This document shows positions 12,066 through 25,700 of a stretch of 64,000 nt of DNA, in pieces. The DNA comes from Nemertoderma westbladi (lineage: Eukaryota; Animalia; Xenacoelomorpha). The notes under the pieces were generated by a model. That model saw only the letters and a program-made list of their open reading frames with translations, had not been told where the DNA came from and did no database searches. Every line of letters begins with the position of its first letter. Position 1 is the first letter of the stretch. The DNA is taken from NCBI GenBank assembly GCA_032718475.1, contig JAUCBJ010002518.1, positions 18,498-82,497 of the forward strand, in the 5' to 3' direction. Position numbers and translations under genes: made by a program.

Positions 12066-12962
12066 CCACACTGAGGCCGGGTCTATGCCTCACTGAGGCA
12101 CTGAGGCACAGACTATGCCTCACTGAGGCACTAAGGCACAGAATATGCCTCACTGAGGCACTGAGGCACAGACTGTGCCTCTCTGAGGCTCAGACTATGC
12201 CTCACTGAGGTACTGAGGCACAGACTATGCCTCTCTGAGGCTCAGACTATGCCTCACTGAGGCACTGAGGCACAGATTAAGGGTCTAAGGCCTTCAAGCT
12301 GATCATTTGCTTAGTTTTCTAATTAGAAGGTCGTGTGTTCGAACCCTAGAAGAGCATTATTCTTTTTCTTAGCTCTAGGCTGACTCTAGTGTACACATAC
12401 TTTGACTCTCCCAGCTATAGTGATAGTATGCAACCTTGGGAGTTAATGCGCTGTCTTACGAGTAAAGGCCAAGAGATTAGACTTCAGGTTGCCTCCATTG
12501 ATTTACTCTTCTTAACTTTATAAAATAACTCAACCCTTATTTAAAGTTTTAAAAATTATGTCTTAGTAGACCAATTTTCCAAAGAATATTATAAAAACAT
12601 ATAATTTCTTGAATAAATAGACCTAATAGTAATAAATATTGTGGGGTAAATACATTTATAATACTAATATAATTATTATGGATAAATAGTCCTAATACTA
12701 ATATAATTGTTATGGATAAATACTCCTAATACTAATATAATTGTTATGGATAAATAGCCCTAATACAATTATGAAAGGAACTCAAACAAACAAATGTCAA
12801 TAGCGTCCTCCTGCGCGGGCATTTACTGAACGAGAGTTTTTTATCATAGGTCTTCGAAAATTAGTAAAAGCTGGTTGATTTACTTTACTTTCATCTTCCT
12901 CATTAACAAACTGTTTCTTAATTTTATTCAATTGTTCATTAATTTTCAGTAATTTACTTTTA
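12066..12962. repeat. Direct duplicate of ~8606-9478 (22-bp array, spacer, 3' end of the acidic ORF)
   Basis: Near-identical sequence by eye; this copy resumes at 41022. Confidence 0.85.
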
Positions 12963-12967
12963 GTTAT

Positions 12968-15393
12968 AATCTATACTCTAGTGAGTACGGCCCCAGGAAG
13001 AATTAGAAGTGGATCTGGATAAACCGCTTCTGCCATCCTTGCTCCGATCTTGGGCGTCAACTCTTCAGTGTATGAACTACTAGAGTTATCGTGCCGTTGA
13101 GAAATAAGTTCTCGGTTCGGGTGCTGCTGCTGTTTAACAGCTGCTTCTTGGTCCCGCTTAACTTGAGCCCTAGTGCCTATAATAGACCTATGGTGCTTTA
13201 CTAGCGTAGGGTCTGAAACTACTACTGTAGGGATGACCTTTCTTACAGTAGGAGGGGACTTGGACTTTGGTCTCAGATGTTCGATACTCTTATCGAGTTA
13301 CAGACTGTTCTTTCTAGGAGACTATCTGACAGGGTTTGTTTTGTGTCAGCCATGATTTATTTTACAGTTGAATGCCTACTACTATAACGACAGTTAAAGT
13401 AAGTCTAGTAATTCAGTATCAACTGTAAGCCTAGTAATTAATTACCGATACCGTTACTCAGTGTAACGTGATATATATATAATATTAAAATACCGGTATA
13501 CGCTTATAGTATATATATAAGTATTATTTACAGACTAGGTTCAGTCACAGAATACCGGTATATAATTTCAGCCTAAATTTATATAAATAAATATAATAAG
13601 CTTACCGTAAATACCGGTAATGTCAATTATTTAATAATAACTGAGTTTCTGAATTTTAGGGTTACTTCCCTTTACTTTATTACTGATATTAAACAGTAGT
13701 TCAACTGATATTAAGACCTAATTGATGTATGACAGGCCTACTATTTTATAAATCTGTTTGAGTTGATTTATAAATATATATATACCCGTACAATGGGTTT
13801 TGATAATGTTTGAAATAAATGTTATTATTTCTAGATAAAGCAAAGAGTCACTACACAGAAGCTGAATGCTCTCAGTGGAGTGCTACTTGTTGGACACTAA
13901 TACGGATAATTCTACTTTACTAAGTTACTTATCACTACAAATTACTTACAATTACTAACAGGTTGAGATTACAATCTCTAAATAAACAATAAACAAGTTA
14001 CACGTACAATTTTTTAGGGTAATTTTACAAGAATTCTACGAACCAGCCTAACAAGGAGTTAGAATTTCTGGTTCTTACTAACTGACAGGAAACTATGGTA
14101 GTTGAAACCAATAAAGTAGTAGTAAGTAAGTTGCGTTGTCCAGATAAGGAAATACCACTGTCTGACGACTTATAGTCTTAAACTCTATAAGTACTACATT
14201 ATGTACCCGGAGTGTCCTTACCTAGAGGTTAATTATCGAAGCCAACCAGAACTAACGTACCTATTAACCACGTTACAACGCAAATATACTGCCTACACAC
14301 TAAATTACTTTCGGAAAGCACTGTACTCGAAACCCTAAATTAGGTACAAGTACTTATACAACAAAAAACCAGCAGTTAAATATACTTGAACAGCCAAAAG
14401 AACCATGGTATCTGCTGGAGTGACCTGAGCACAAAATCACCATTCTTTACCTACACCAAGCAGCCCTGATGTAATACCGGGGTTAATTTAACTATAATGG
14501 TATGTATAACAAGCACAATTACTGTAGGAATAAACTTAGGGAATTGGAGGTTGCGAATACTCACATAGACTCTGAATAATAAATATTACGCTACCCGTGC
14601 AGACTATTTAAACAAAACACAGACCAAATGTTGGCAGACTACTGCCAAGCCTAAATAAACTACAGTATATGCAGACTCCAAAATGGTTAGTTAGTAGGCG
14701 TTCTAACCAAGTAGTACGACTTATTCTTTTGGGGGGGATTTACCTTACAGCACTGGATGCCCCCACCTTCCTAACTAGCACTTTATCGGACAGACACTCT
14801 ACACACACTGCAATCGCCTCAGACCTAACAACAGTTAGACAACAATCCGGCCTACAAATTATTTATACAATCTAAGCAGGCTTACACACCTTCTGCTCAA
14901 TATTACACTTACAGATAAATAAAACTGACAGAAATAAGTAAAATCCCAATAAAACCAGGGCTGCAGTCCCCGATTAAATATCAAGACCTACCGGTATATA
15001 ATTATCACAATCGAAATAATACTTTTGTACCTGTAAGTACCGGTTCGGGTGATTAGGCCTACAGCTTACCGTCTGACCGGTACATTCGACTTTATTGCCT
15101 ACGGCGCAATAAAGAAACTAAATCTATTAATGTTCTTACCAGAACATTAGACAAAGTATATTTATTGCCTACTGTGCAATCAAGAAACTGAAATCTATTA
15201 ATGTTCTTACCAGAACATTAGACAAAATATATTTATTGCCTACTGCGCAATAAAGAACCAAATCTATTAATGTTCGCGCTTTTAGACCTTTAGCAGTTTA
15301 ACCTGCCAATTTTAGTTGTCCTTTTGTTTATAAATCGACTTTAGCCTATATCAATTACCTAGTGTACTGGAGTTACATCAGCCGAAGCCAGTC
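12968..15393 (-). mobile_element. BEL/Pao family A: 5' leader and first ~130 gag codons of a second, tandem, truncated copy
   Basis: Near-identical to 37130-39555; follows the LTR at 15394-16401 directly. Confidence 0.85.
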
Positions 15394-16401
15394 TGTGCGC
15401 GACCTTTCACCCACGGTTTTGGGAGACTGGACTCGGATTCCTTGATAGTGATTGCGGTGTAGACCTACTGTATTATTCAATTGATCGTTACTATATAATC
15501 TCAGACAATGTATTTACTTTCGGGGAAATATTAACAGTTCCTTTAGGACGTGGCGCTTTAAGTATAAAAACAGAGTTATGACTTATACTAATCACAACTA
15601 GATGGCCACAGAGTTTCGTAAATAGCGTATTCTTTAGGAGATGCTTTATTATCTTTCACACTACTTCACACGACTTCACACTACTTCACACTACTGCGCA
15701 CTAATCTGCCGACCGTCACTGAATTTGATCATATATAAGGAAAATCGCAACTGACACTTGTAGGGATTATGAAATAGCATTTAATTCACACAAAAACCAC
15801 TATAATTTAAGTCGCAGTTGTTACCGGTAAACCTGTTCCTCTTACCTTCAGTAATCAATAAGATTGGGGGTTTTATGATTATTTATCGGTATTCTCCAAA
15901 TATGACAACATATCCATTAATATAACAACAATTAATAACAGACCGTAAACAGAAGTAAAATAATGTGGTGAACAGTCAGTATGTGTTACTTATGAAAGCC
16001 CGGTGAGACGGGTGGTGAGTGGATTGGATTGATATGTGTAGCAATGTTCCATGATAATAGATATACGTTCTTATAATCAAAGCCATCTGATGTTTAGGCC
16101 AAAGTCTGAAACTTCTACACAGAAGTACAGAAGATTCTGAGCCGGTTCTGGTGCTCAGAAAAATAGTAAACAAAGACCGTAATGCATTGCGCGAGTTTCC
16201 ATAGGCCTCTGTCAGACATAAGGGGGAAAATCGTTCTGATTGGCTGAATAGGCAGAACAAAGAAAACAGAGAATCAGCTGATAGATGTCGTCACACCAGC
16301 TCCAATTCCTTCCCGTCGCGTAGTTGGACAAATTCAGGGCTATTTTAGAGTATTCTGCGCATTGCGGAAAAATGACTTGTTATGTCCGAAAAGCTTTTAC
16401 A
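15394..16401 (-). mobile_element. LTR (~1.0 kb) of BEL/Pao family A, shared between the tandem copies
   Basis: On the minus strand it starts TGTAAAAGC after the purine tract GGGAGCGG and ends CGCGCACA. Homologous to 39556-40155 and 58729-59866. Confidence 0.8.
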
Positions 16402-16479
16402 CCGCTCCCAGAAAATGGGATTTAAGTTTATAAAATATAAAAAATCACAGTTTCTAAAATACAAAAAAACTCTAAACTA

Positions 16480-18678
16480 TTAGTCCTTCTTACGTGAACG
16501 GCGTTTACGAAGTTTTTTGAGGCTAGTAAGAGTCCTTTTCTCTTTGGGGCGAGCCACTTTACTAGGAGGGCTATAACTCCTGGGTGAGGGGTGCAATACA
16601 ATTGCATCGGAAGGTTCAGGGTTGCGGTCGGTGTATCCGCCGGTCGAGGTACCCGGTTGATCGATATCAACCTCAGTGGAACGAGGTCGAACAACCTTTA
16701 GAGCGCGTTTCAGGACAGCAGCTCTCACTGGTCCCTGATGGGTCGTTTGCACAAGAGCGGTAGGCGGACCGTGAGTAGTGAGAAATTTCCTCAGTTTGAA
16801 GGTTCTTTCCAACTCGCGTTCTCGGGCTCTATATTCATAGGGTCGTCTATGAACTTCCTGTAGCTCTGGATGCGAGTTTATGAACAAGTCACCGCGGGAT
16901 TTATCATTGGTAAAAACCTTAAACTGTGTGTACGATCTTCCGGTTTCACCACATAATATTGAGTTAAATTGACATAATAAGGATGGTCTTTGATTCCATA
17001 AAATGAGTTCGGTAAAGGTCTAGCGCGTAGGTCGTGTACCATACGACGGACAAGATCAGCTCGATTGTCCGGAGGTTCAACGAGTATACCGTCGACACGA
17101 GCAGCCTCAATTGGCAGACGTTGTAACATAGGAGCGTCAGCGATAAGTTCTCTAGATCTTAGGTTGATATCAACCGGTTGGGGTTGTACCATGGCGAAGA
17201 GTTTGTCTCCGAAATGGGGAACCATCGAGGGATGAATGATGGTTTTGGAATAGAGATCAGTAATAAGGGTTTGAGCTTCTGGTTGGGCTAAAGCTGCTTC
17301 TTCTCTCTCGTCCATTTCGATGTGCTTCTCCTCGAGCTGATTTTCCTCCGCTTGTCATTGGAAGCGTTCGTCTAAAAACTCTTGTAGAGAGTAGGTTGGT
17401 CCAAGTTCGATGTCTTCCTCAAGGTTCTGGATTTCTCGATCGAACTGGGGTAAGGCCAATTCCTTTACCGCTTGGACTTGCTGCTGCAATTTAAGTTTAT
17501 CTAAACAATCGGTAAGTTCCTTTTCCAATCTTTTGCCGAATAGCGCCTAACGCGTTTCGTACAACGCTCTCCTCCACCTCTGTGACGGGTTGTATCAGGG
17601 TTAAACCGGGACGATTATACGGGTTGAACGGTGATATTAAATGTCCGCGTCCCAATCCGGCTAGGTAGGATGGGCGAATATCTAGAGAGCCCACTACCGG
17701 AGTGCCACCGACTAATTGTTCGGGTAACACTAGATCTTTGAACAGTGAGTACAGTTCAGGAGGATCCGTCATACTATTAGGATCAAGAGTCTGAGGTCTC
17801 ACCAGGGAATGAGGAGGTCTGACCGAGTATTCCGGAACTCTGATCATAGGTTTGTTTAAGGATCGTTTGAGTCAAGCAACCGTAGGTGATATGTCGAACA
17901 AGTTTCGCTCGAAACTTCCGTAAGTATAGCGAGTAAAACTGTGTTTAGCGCAACGTCTCTGCGGATGTTTTTGTCTTTCCGTTTGTTGGTTGGGTCTAGG
18001 GCATTCATCACAATAATACCAAAGACGCACGTCTTGTAGGGGAAACGCTGGTGATCTTTCTCCAGTTTTACAATATTCCTTCATCTGTTCGAAGCTATCC
18101 GGTACAACAGGTAGCGGTCGATTGGTGGTGAGATACATCATAGTGAAATAGAGTCGTTTGAGTTCGATCATAGGGTTATGATGTATACCTTGAGGATATC
18201 GAGTTTCTAAATTTTGTTGACTGGCTACATTGAGATATGTTTCTCTCAAGAATTCCAAATAGTCGTTGAAGTCACTGCGTTTATCCGGCTCTTCAACGTC
18301 TTCTCTCTCGAGACGGTTTCGAATAGAATTTTCGTGTTCGATTCTCAGTTTATCGTTCCGACTCCGCTGGGCATGATATTTAAACAGGATCATTTCCCTT
18401 TCGGTGTCTACATCGTCCGTATCGTGTAAATCGATAAGATGACCAGTAGTTAAGAAGTCCATATACGTACCATTACGATGCGAATAGCGAGCGGTGAATT
18501 TTCTATAGTCCAATTCACGTGTGAGCTGTTCCTTTGACATTGGCGGTTCTATATAACGGCCATCGTCCTCCGTAGTAGGTTGACTAGCGTCGCCGCTTAT
18601 TAAACTATCAACAAACGCTTGCAATGGTAGGGTATATCGCTCCTTGATACCAAGATCATCTTCTATCAACTCAGTCAT
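16480..18678 (-). pseudogene. Extra ORF (ORF3) of element A, about 730 codons, disrupted, unknown function
   Basis: Four consecutive same-strand ORF pieces between pol and the PPT/3' LTR. 17872-18678 and 17497-17847 are in frame across one stop, then frameshifts follow. Contains CDEC...H...C and a basic C-terminus. Confidence 0.6.
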
Positions 18679-20400
18679 AGCTGCTATATGGGTTTATCAA
18701 TATTATAATTAATGATAGGCTAGCGGTCGTCGCTGCCTCCCCCTCAATGCCCCCGGACAGCGCAAGATCCTCAGCGCTGATGTACTGTCGTCGCTGTGCC
18801 TCTCGCCAATGTAGTAGCTACACAACGACAACAATAACCAGCGCGAGTCACTCCACTGTCCATCCCAGGGGCTTAGAATTACTTCAGGTTCTTGCTACAG
18901 AGGCAGGGTAACTTTCACAACTGCGACTCGCTACTGTAAACACACTTTAGTAGTAACATTCACCTATAAATGCACAAATTCCACACACCTGTCACAAGTT
19001 GTACACATTCGGGCCATTTGTCCATTAGTCAAGTGCCTTCCAGAATGCCACGTTATTATTATGTATCCCTGGATACTAGCAGGGTGCTATTTATTCCACA
19101 TGCTATTCAATGGGGCAAGCTTTCTATTGTTCTTTTAACTCGCTTCTAATTCTAGTGTGGTTGTTGCTATGGTGACATTATGGAAAGCTAGCAGTAGAAT
19201 TAGGGTAATTCTCATGCATACAGATCTGGGATGCTATTTAATAGTAATTCTTTAATTGTCAATATTCCCCTTTATACATGATTTTATGAATTTTATCGGC
19301 TATTGACTATACATTGGAGATTCTCGCACACTAATATACTTAATAGGGTGAATCTCCGCTCCCATGATCTATTAATTAATGGAATTTTGGGAATGTTATA
19401 AATTGTATAAAATGACAATTTATCAAATTCATGAGAGGATATGAATTTAAAATTTATTCCCGTAAATTTTATTATTTGACACTAAAATAGACACAATTTT
19501 ATTCCAGAGCATGTCTGGGAACTAGGATCCTTAATTCTAGGAATTTTGTCTTTTTAAGAGTATCGGTAAGTGTTACGATATCTTAATTGACTAGAAATTT
19601 AAAGGATCTAAATTTTAACAGATTTTTGGTTTACAAACTCTTTAGGGTTTATTTGTCAGCATTTACTCTATTATAACATTTGTTTTAATAGATTTTATAA
19701 ATATTTATTAAATATTTAATATTTAAGATGGGCACCGATTTATTCCAGAACATGTCTGGGGATGTTAAACACTGATTCTAGAATTTTGTCTTTCAAGTAT
19801 ATCGGTGGGTGCCGCGATATCTTAATCGACTAGAATTTCAGATGGTCAAAGGGTTTAACAGATTTATTTTGCGTTTTTAACGCTACTGTTAAATGGACAT
19901 CATTCTACTATATGTATTATTTAATATACGGTATGAGAGCAATATTGCAAGAAGCAATGTCAGTGAGAAGAGGCAAGTCGTTTCCAAGGTCTACCCAGAG
20001 CTTGGTTTAGCCGAGACACGAGGATCTGAACTTTGCATTCCTAATACTCTACTTACCAATAATACTTGAGTATAGTAGGAGCGGTATTGTACTTTTAATA
20101 AGTACGGACATTTCATCTTACTGTAGTCACGTATTTATAATATAACACGGACAGTAAGGAAAGAGAAAATGAATTATTTCTCGCCGTTAAACTAAATATA
20201 TAATGCTAAGTAATTAAGTAATAAACACGAATATATATTGCACGAATCTACTGAATAATCGCTAAAATAATATTCTACTAAATAAAATTAAAGAAAACGA
20301 TTATAATAATAAAAATTACGTAATAATACATACATAAATATAAAAATAATAATAAAAATATATATAAAATAATGTAGTCACACACCCACTCCAGACGCTG

Positions 20401-22760
20401 TTACGTTGGGGAGTCCCTAGATGTTTGTTGGATTAGGGAGGTGGTCGTGGGAAGAGTATCTTGCCTTCCATAGTTTCTGGATAGCTCTCTGTCTCTTTCT
20501 AGTAAACATAAACGACCAACTGGGCGATTGAGTTGTTGTGTTTCGAATACATTCGAAATACAGTAACTGATCTTCTCAGTCAGAAACCTATCCAATACCT
20601 TATAAGTGGGAAGGTCTTTAATAGCATGGACCTTTTCGGATGTTATTGGAGCGGTATCACTAGCGATCTTCGTCCTGGAATAGTGATGATGGAAACATCT
20701 TTTCAGATACACGATGGCCTTACAAAGCCGATTCCAGGAGCTATAATGATTTATTGCTCTCTGCAGGAGAGGTGAGAGTCCTTGCGCGACATCTGGAGTT
20801 CCAGATTTCCAGTCTCTTCCTCTGATTTCTACAACTGATTTGTTTGTGGTGGGGGAGTTTAGATCCACAGCGTCATCTCCGGAGGTGTGTAGTACAGACT
20901 TAAACTTAAGGTCCGATTATTTAGAGCAGCAGTAGTTCCAGTACTCCTCTATGGGAGTCCATGCTGGGCTCTAACTGCTGAGGACACCAAATCTCTGGAT
21001 GGCACATTCACAAGAATGCTACGCCGGGTTCATTGTGTCAAGTACAATGCACACATCTCCAACCAGACACTATATAACATTGGAGGTGTCTCATTGGTTC
21101 CCCCAAGCTTGACACTAGAACAAAACCGCCTCCGCTTTGCAGGACATTGCTTTCGCCGTGAGGACCAGCCAGTGCATAATCTTGTACTTTGGCAGCCTCA
21201 TGGAGTGAATAAGCATGGTGGACAGCCCATGACTTTCTTGAGACGCATCTTAAAGGACACTGGCCTTAAAGATGCGGATGATCTAGCAAATGTCATGGGT
21301 GATAGGGAGTTGTGGCGGTGCAATTTTGTTGACAAGCCGGCACAGCATTCTTAAAAATGCAGCTGCAATGCAGCATGCCGATCCTAGTAGTAGTAGTAGT
21401 AGTGTAGTACAGACAGATCTATCACGGGTTTAAATAACTTTGATTTACTCGTCCGGGTTTTAGGTTTGACTTTTTCCGCTCCCTTGGCTTGTCTAATCTC
21501 AGCCGTGGTGAGATGAGGAGGCCATTCATCCTCTTCTTTACTCAGGAAGTCGGGTCCACCTAACCAGTCTGGAGTATCTATCAGTTATTGCGGGGTTGCT
21601 CCTCTAGAGGCGATGTTGGCTGGATTAATCGTCCCAGGGCAATGTCTCCATTGATCTACATTAGAGCGACTAAGTATAATGGCTACTCTGTTGGTAACGA
21701 AGACGCTGAACTGACAGACTTCGTTTGTTATATACTCCAGAACGAGTAAAGCATCAGTCCAATAGACAGTTTTCTCCAGTGGATAGTCAATCTGTTCTGT
21801 TACATTCTGGCCGATAGCTGTAGCGTATAGAGCCGCCTTTAACTCCACTCGAGGAACTCGTAATTTGTTGTTTATCAAGGCCTTAGAGGTGACCAAGGCA
21901 ACTTTAATTCCATCCGGAGTTTCAACCCTCAGGTAGGCTACTATACCTATTCCCATATCGCTGGCGTCTCCAAACACATGGAGTTGATAGGAATACGTGG
22001 GGAGAACGTGACCAAAATATGAACGTAAAATCGTAAAGTTCTTGATGGATGGTAGAGAATCTTCCCATTTCATCCACTTCTTTAGTAGTTCTCCCTTAAG
22101 TGGATCATCCCACGAGTGGTTTTCAAGCCACATTTGTTGCACCAAGCTCCGAGCGACTAATATAACTGGACTAATAAATCCCAATTGATCGAAATAAGTG
22201 CTCAGGATACTTAGACAAATCCGTTTAGTTCTAACTGGATTATCTCACTGTTTTAACTGGAAAAACAAGATATCTCTCTCCGTGTCCCATTTTAAACCAA
22301 GCGTCTTGGTTTCCGGAAGATCGTCCTTGATGAGGTCCAGATCTTTAACACCTCGGTCTTCTACCGGGATCGATTCCAGAAACTCATGGGAGTTACTAGT
22401 GAATTTGGTTAGCCGAAATCCACCGCGTTGCAAGCACTCCACCGTTCCCTTGGCAACATCAATGGCTTCTTCCACCGATGGGAGGGACTTTAAATTGTCG
22501 TCCATGTATATATCCCGTTTGATGTTGTCAATAACCGCTTTAGAGAAGGCATCTCGGTTGTTGTCGGCAGTTGTACGCACTACCGAACAAGCGTTCGTGG
22601 GGCTCGAGATGATCCCGAAAGCTTGGATGGTCATCCAGTACTCCACCGGTTTTCGGTTGAGGTCTCCTTCAGGCCACCACAGAAATCGTAGGCTGTCTCG
22701 ATCCCTATCCAGCACCTTGACTTGTAAGAACATGCCTTCTATGTCCGAAGCGAATGCGAT
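20401..22760 (-). pseudogene. Element A pol: RT core, Pao RNase H and integrase remnant
   Basis: LRFLWW, FGIISSP and YMDD (RT); HVFGDAS, PRVEL, WTD and NPANIASRG (Pao RNase H); SSWNRL joined directly to the terminal RPVGRLCLLE. Contains stops, frameshifts and a LINE insertion. Confidence 0.9.
20900..21401 (+). mobile_element. 5'-truncated LINE (RTE-like) 3' end with (TAG)n tail
   Basis: LLYGSPCW...RLRFAGHCFR...W C-terminal motif and (TAG)n tail. 13-bp TSD GTGTAGTACAGAC at 20887-20899 and 21402-21414. Confidence 0.85.
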
Positions 22761-22766
22761 AGAATA

Positions 22767-25700
22767 TTACCGCAGTCCCAATAGTATTCCCAACAAGGAT
22801 TGGAGTAAGTTGGGTCCCGGCAACAGTTCGGAGTTCAGGGATTGACCCATATAAAGGGCGGAGCCGTCAAACACTACCCGGAATTCGTTGGCTTTACCAG
22901 GCTTGGGAACGTAATGATGTGTTAGATAATACGTTCTTTCCATTATGGGTGTTTCTTCCGGAACTCGCTCCGCATATCCTTTATCAATAAATTTCTTCAG
23001 CTGGGTTCTATACATTTCCCTGGCTTGATCGTTGGCAGTAAGACGCCGATGTAGTTGCGCGATTCTCTTTTCCGCTAAAGGTCGGTTATTTATAAAGGTG
23101 GGTTCTCGCCGTCGGAATGGAAGACCAATCTCATAGCGACCTTCATCCTTCAGATAATGGGTTGTCGTTTCCTGAATCTGCTTGGCTCTCTCTTCCTCGA
23201 CAGACAAGGCTTTGTTGTAGGAATTAGGCTCTACGGCTTCTTGAGTAAAGAATCGTACGGCGTGTTCATCACGGATTTTGTTATTGTATCGATCTATCAC
23301 TTCATTTAATTCGTCATTATAAGTAAATTGTCCGCCATGTTGATCGATGAGATGGCATAGGTTGACTTGGTTTAACCAAGTTTGGGTTTTGGTGAGGAGA
23401 TCGATTATGTTTTCCTCATCATACAGTTGATTAATGTCGTCATTATCTGAGGAGTATGGAGTTCCCTCAGTTGTGGTTTCTCCCTCACTGATTTCTTCTT
23501 CCCATTCACTCACCTGATGTACTCTCTCATTAGGGAGTCTTTCCATTAGAGTTCTACGGGAAGGTCCAGTGAAGTACCAACCTACTCTCGTTCTTCCCGC
23601 ATACGTTTGTAATGGTTGCGGTTTTTCTAATGTCTCAAGCGCTTCGTGCGCATTTTGGCCGATTAATATCTGCACCCCTGGATAGTCAGTGTTGAATCTA
23701 GGTATATTATGTTGCTGGGTAAAATGGTCTTCATCCCAGTTGTAAGGTTCCACTTGGCTAGTAGCAAAGTTCTTTATAGCCACCATTTTTACCGACCTTA
23801 CACTATGTTCTCCTAGTTCATCCTGGGGAGTGGATAACACACCCACGTAGTAATCTGTGGCTACTGTGGATTTCCAAACCTGCATGATTCCTGAAAGGTT
23901 CAACTTAGTTCGGAACTTGGCTTGTCCAGCAAAGATGTCTTCGGCTAGTTCTTTGTCGATGAATCTACCTGTGCTGCCGGAGTCAAGTAGGGCGTTTACT
24001 ATCAGGCTCTTCCCTAGCCCATGGACTCTCAGCTGCACCACAGGAAATTCCCGGATTCCGACAGAGGAAGTTGGCGCTTTCCAAGATGGTTGTCGGTCCG
24101 GAATAGTCAGTTTAGGATTTTCCACCTCCGATTCAGTCTCGTACGTAAGTGCTCGATACACAGCGGTGTTTATCATATAACAGGATTCATTTTCGTCGGA
24201 GAATTCGTCCGTGTAGAATCCTTCCATCTCAGAACTGTGGTCAGTGTCGATCACATCACTGAATTGGACATGTAGTTCAGGCTCACTTACCTGACTCGTG
24301 CGGGTTCTGTCAAATTCTGTGTGCAGCAAGATGTGATGTTTCGCGCCGCACTTAGCACACCTCGCGTCTGAGTAACAGGTCCGTCGTTGGTGTCCTCGTC
24401 TGAGGCAATTATAACACAACCGCTTATCCCACATGACATCACGTCTATCCTTAAGGGATTTCTTCAAGAATTCATCACACCCACTCAAGCGATGTGGCCC
24501 GTCGCACAATGCACATTTGGGTTTGATGTTACTTACTTTAACATGTGTTGTGTTGTGCACACTTGTTCTTTCCTCTGGCTTTCTTCCATGAATTCTCTTA
24601 GGAGACGTAGGAGGAGTTGTTACCTGATCTCTCCTGTCACTGGTTCGAGACTTAGATTTACTTACGTCTTTCCTCATTTTATTGACATAATAAGATCTTT
24701 CAGTGTCCTTACCGCTATTCTCCTCGTATGAGGTTTGGCTTTCGCCATCGTCCGTATAACACACTGGTGTTACCTTTCTCCTAGAAACGGGTTTTTCACT
24801 CACCTTACTCTCTGGTGTCTTCTCTCTGGACTGCTTTAGGAGCTGTAATCTTACCTCTCCATTTAAGAATGACATAAGATCAGCCATGGTAGGGTCTCTT
24901 TGTTGCTGGTCCATCATATAGAGAACCTTGTTGTCCCAACGATTACCTACTCCACCCTTTGGCAAAATTGGCAAAGTAGATGCTACGGCTCCAACAACCA
25001 TAGAACTCTGATATTCTTGAGACTTACCTAACCAATCTAGCTGTCTACAGATCTCTTGAATCTCATTGGAAAACTCTATAATCGCGCTGCTAAGAAACTT
25101 TCGGGGCGCTACTAATTTCGCATATAAATACCTAGCTATGTTAGTCCTATTACCATACCTGATGTTTAGTGTATCCCAAACTTGTCTTAATCCATCTGGA
25201 TGTCCAATAAACTTTAACGCCATTAACTTGGGAGGTCCTTCCAAGCACTCGGTGAGGAATCTAAGTTTCTCTCTGTTAGATAGTACAGAGTTCTGTATGT
25301 TATCTTTATAATATTCATTAAAAGGTAACCATTTCATCTCATATCCATTAAACTTGACGACCTCTCCCACCTTTACCGCTTGACGGGCTTCGGTTCTAGC
25401 CATTTGACGTGTAAAACTTTCTTGAGCCATCGTATTATTTAATATCGAGTTATCGGTATATAAATTTCTCGGATTATGATCAGATCTGTATGGGATATCA
25501 TTATCAACGGGTTTATAATTACCCTTAATAGGGTTTACTATAGGAGTTTCTACTTCACTAGTAGTATAGATGCGTGTAGGCTCCACACCTTGCGCATGAA
25601 ATATTTCAGATCTAATGGGTTGACACATTGTTACATGGGGTGGTGGTATACCCATTTGTATATTTACTAATTTATCGCGCTCTAAAGCGATACTTTGTTG

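Noticed and set aside
12968-15990. 3-kb LTR pair (12968-15990 vs 37130-40137)
   Set aside because: The repeat includes leader and gag codons. The TG...CA ends, PPT and comparison with element C define a ~1-kb LTR plus a tandem partial copy.
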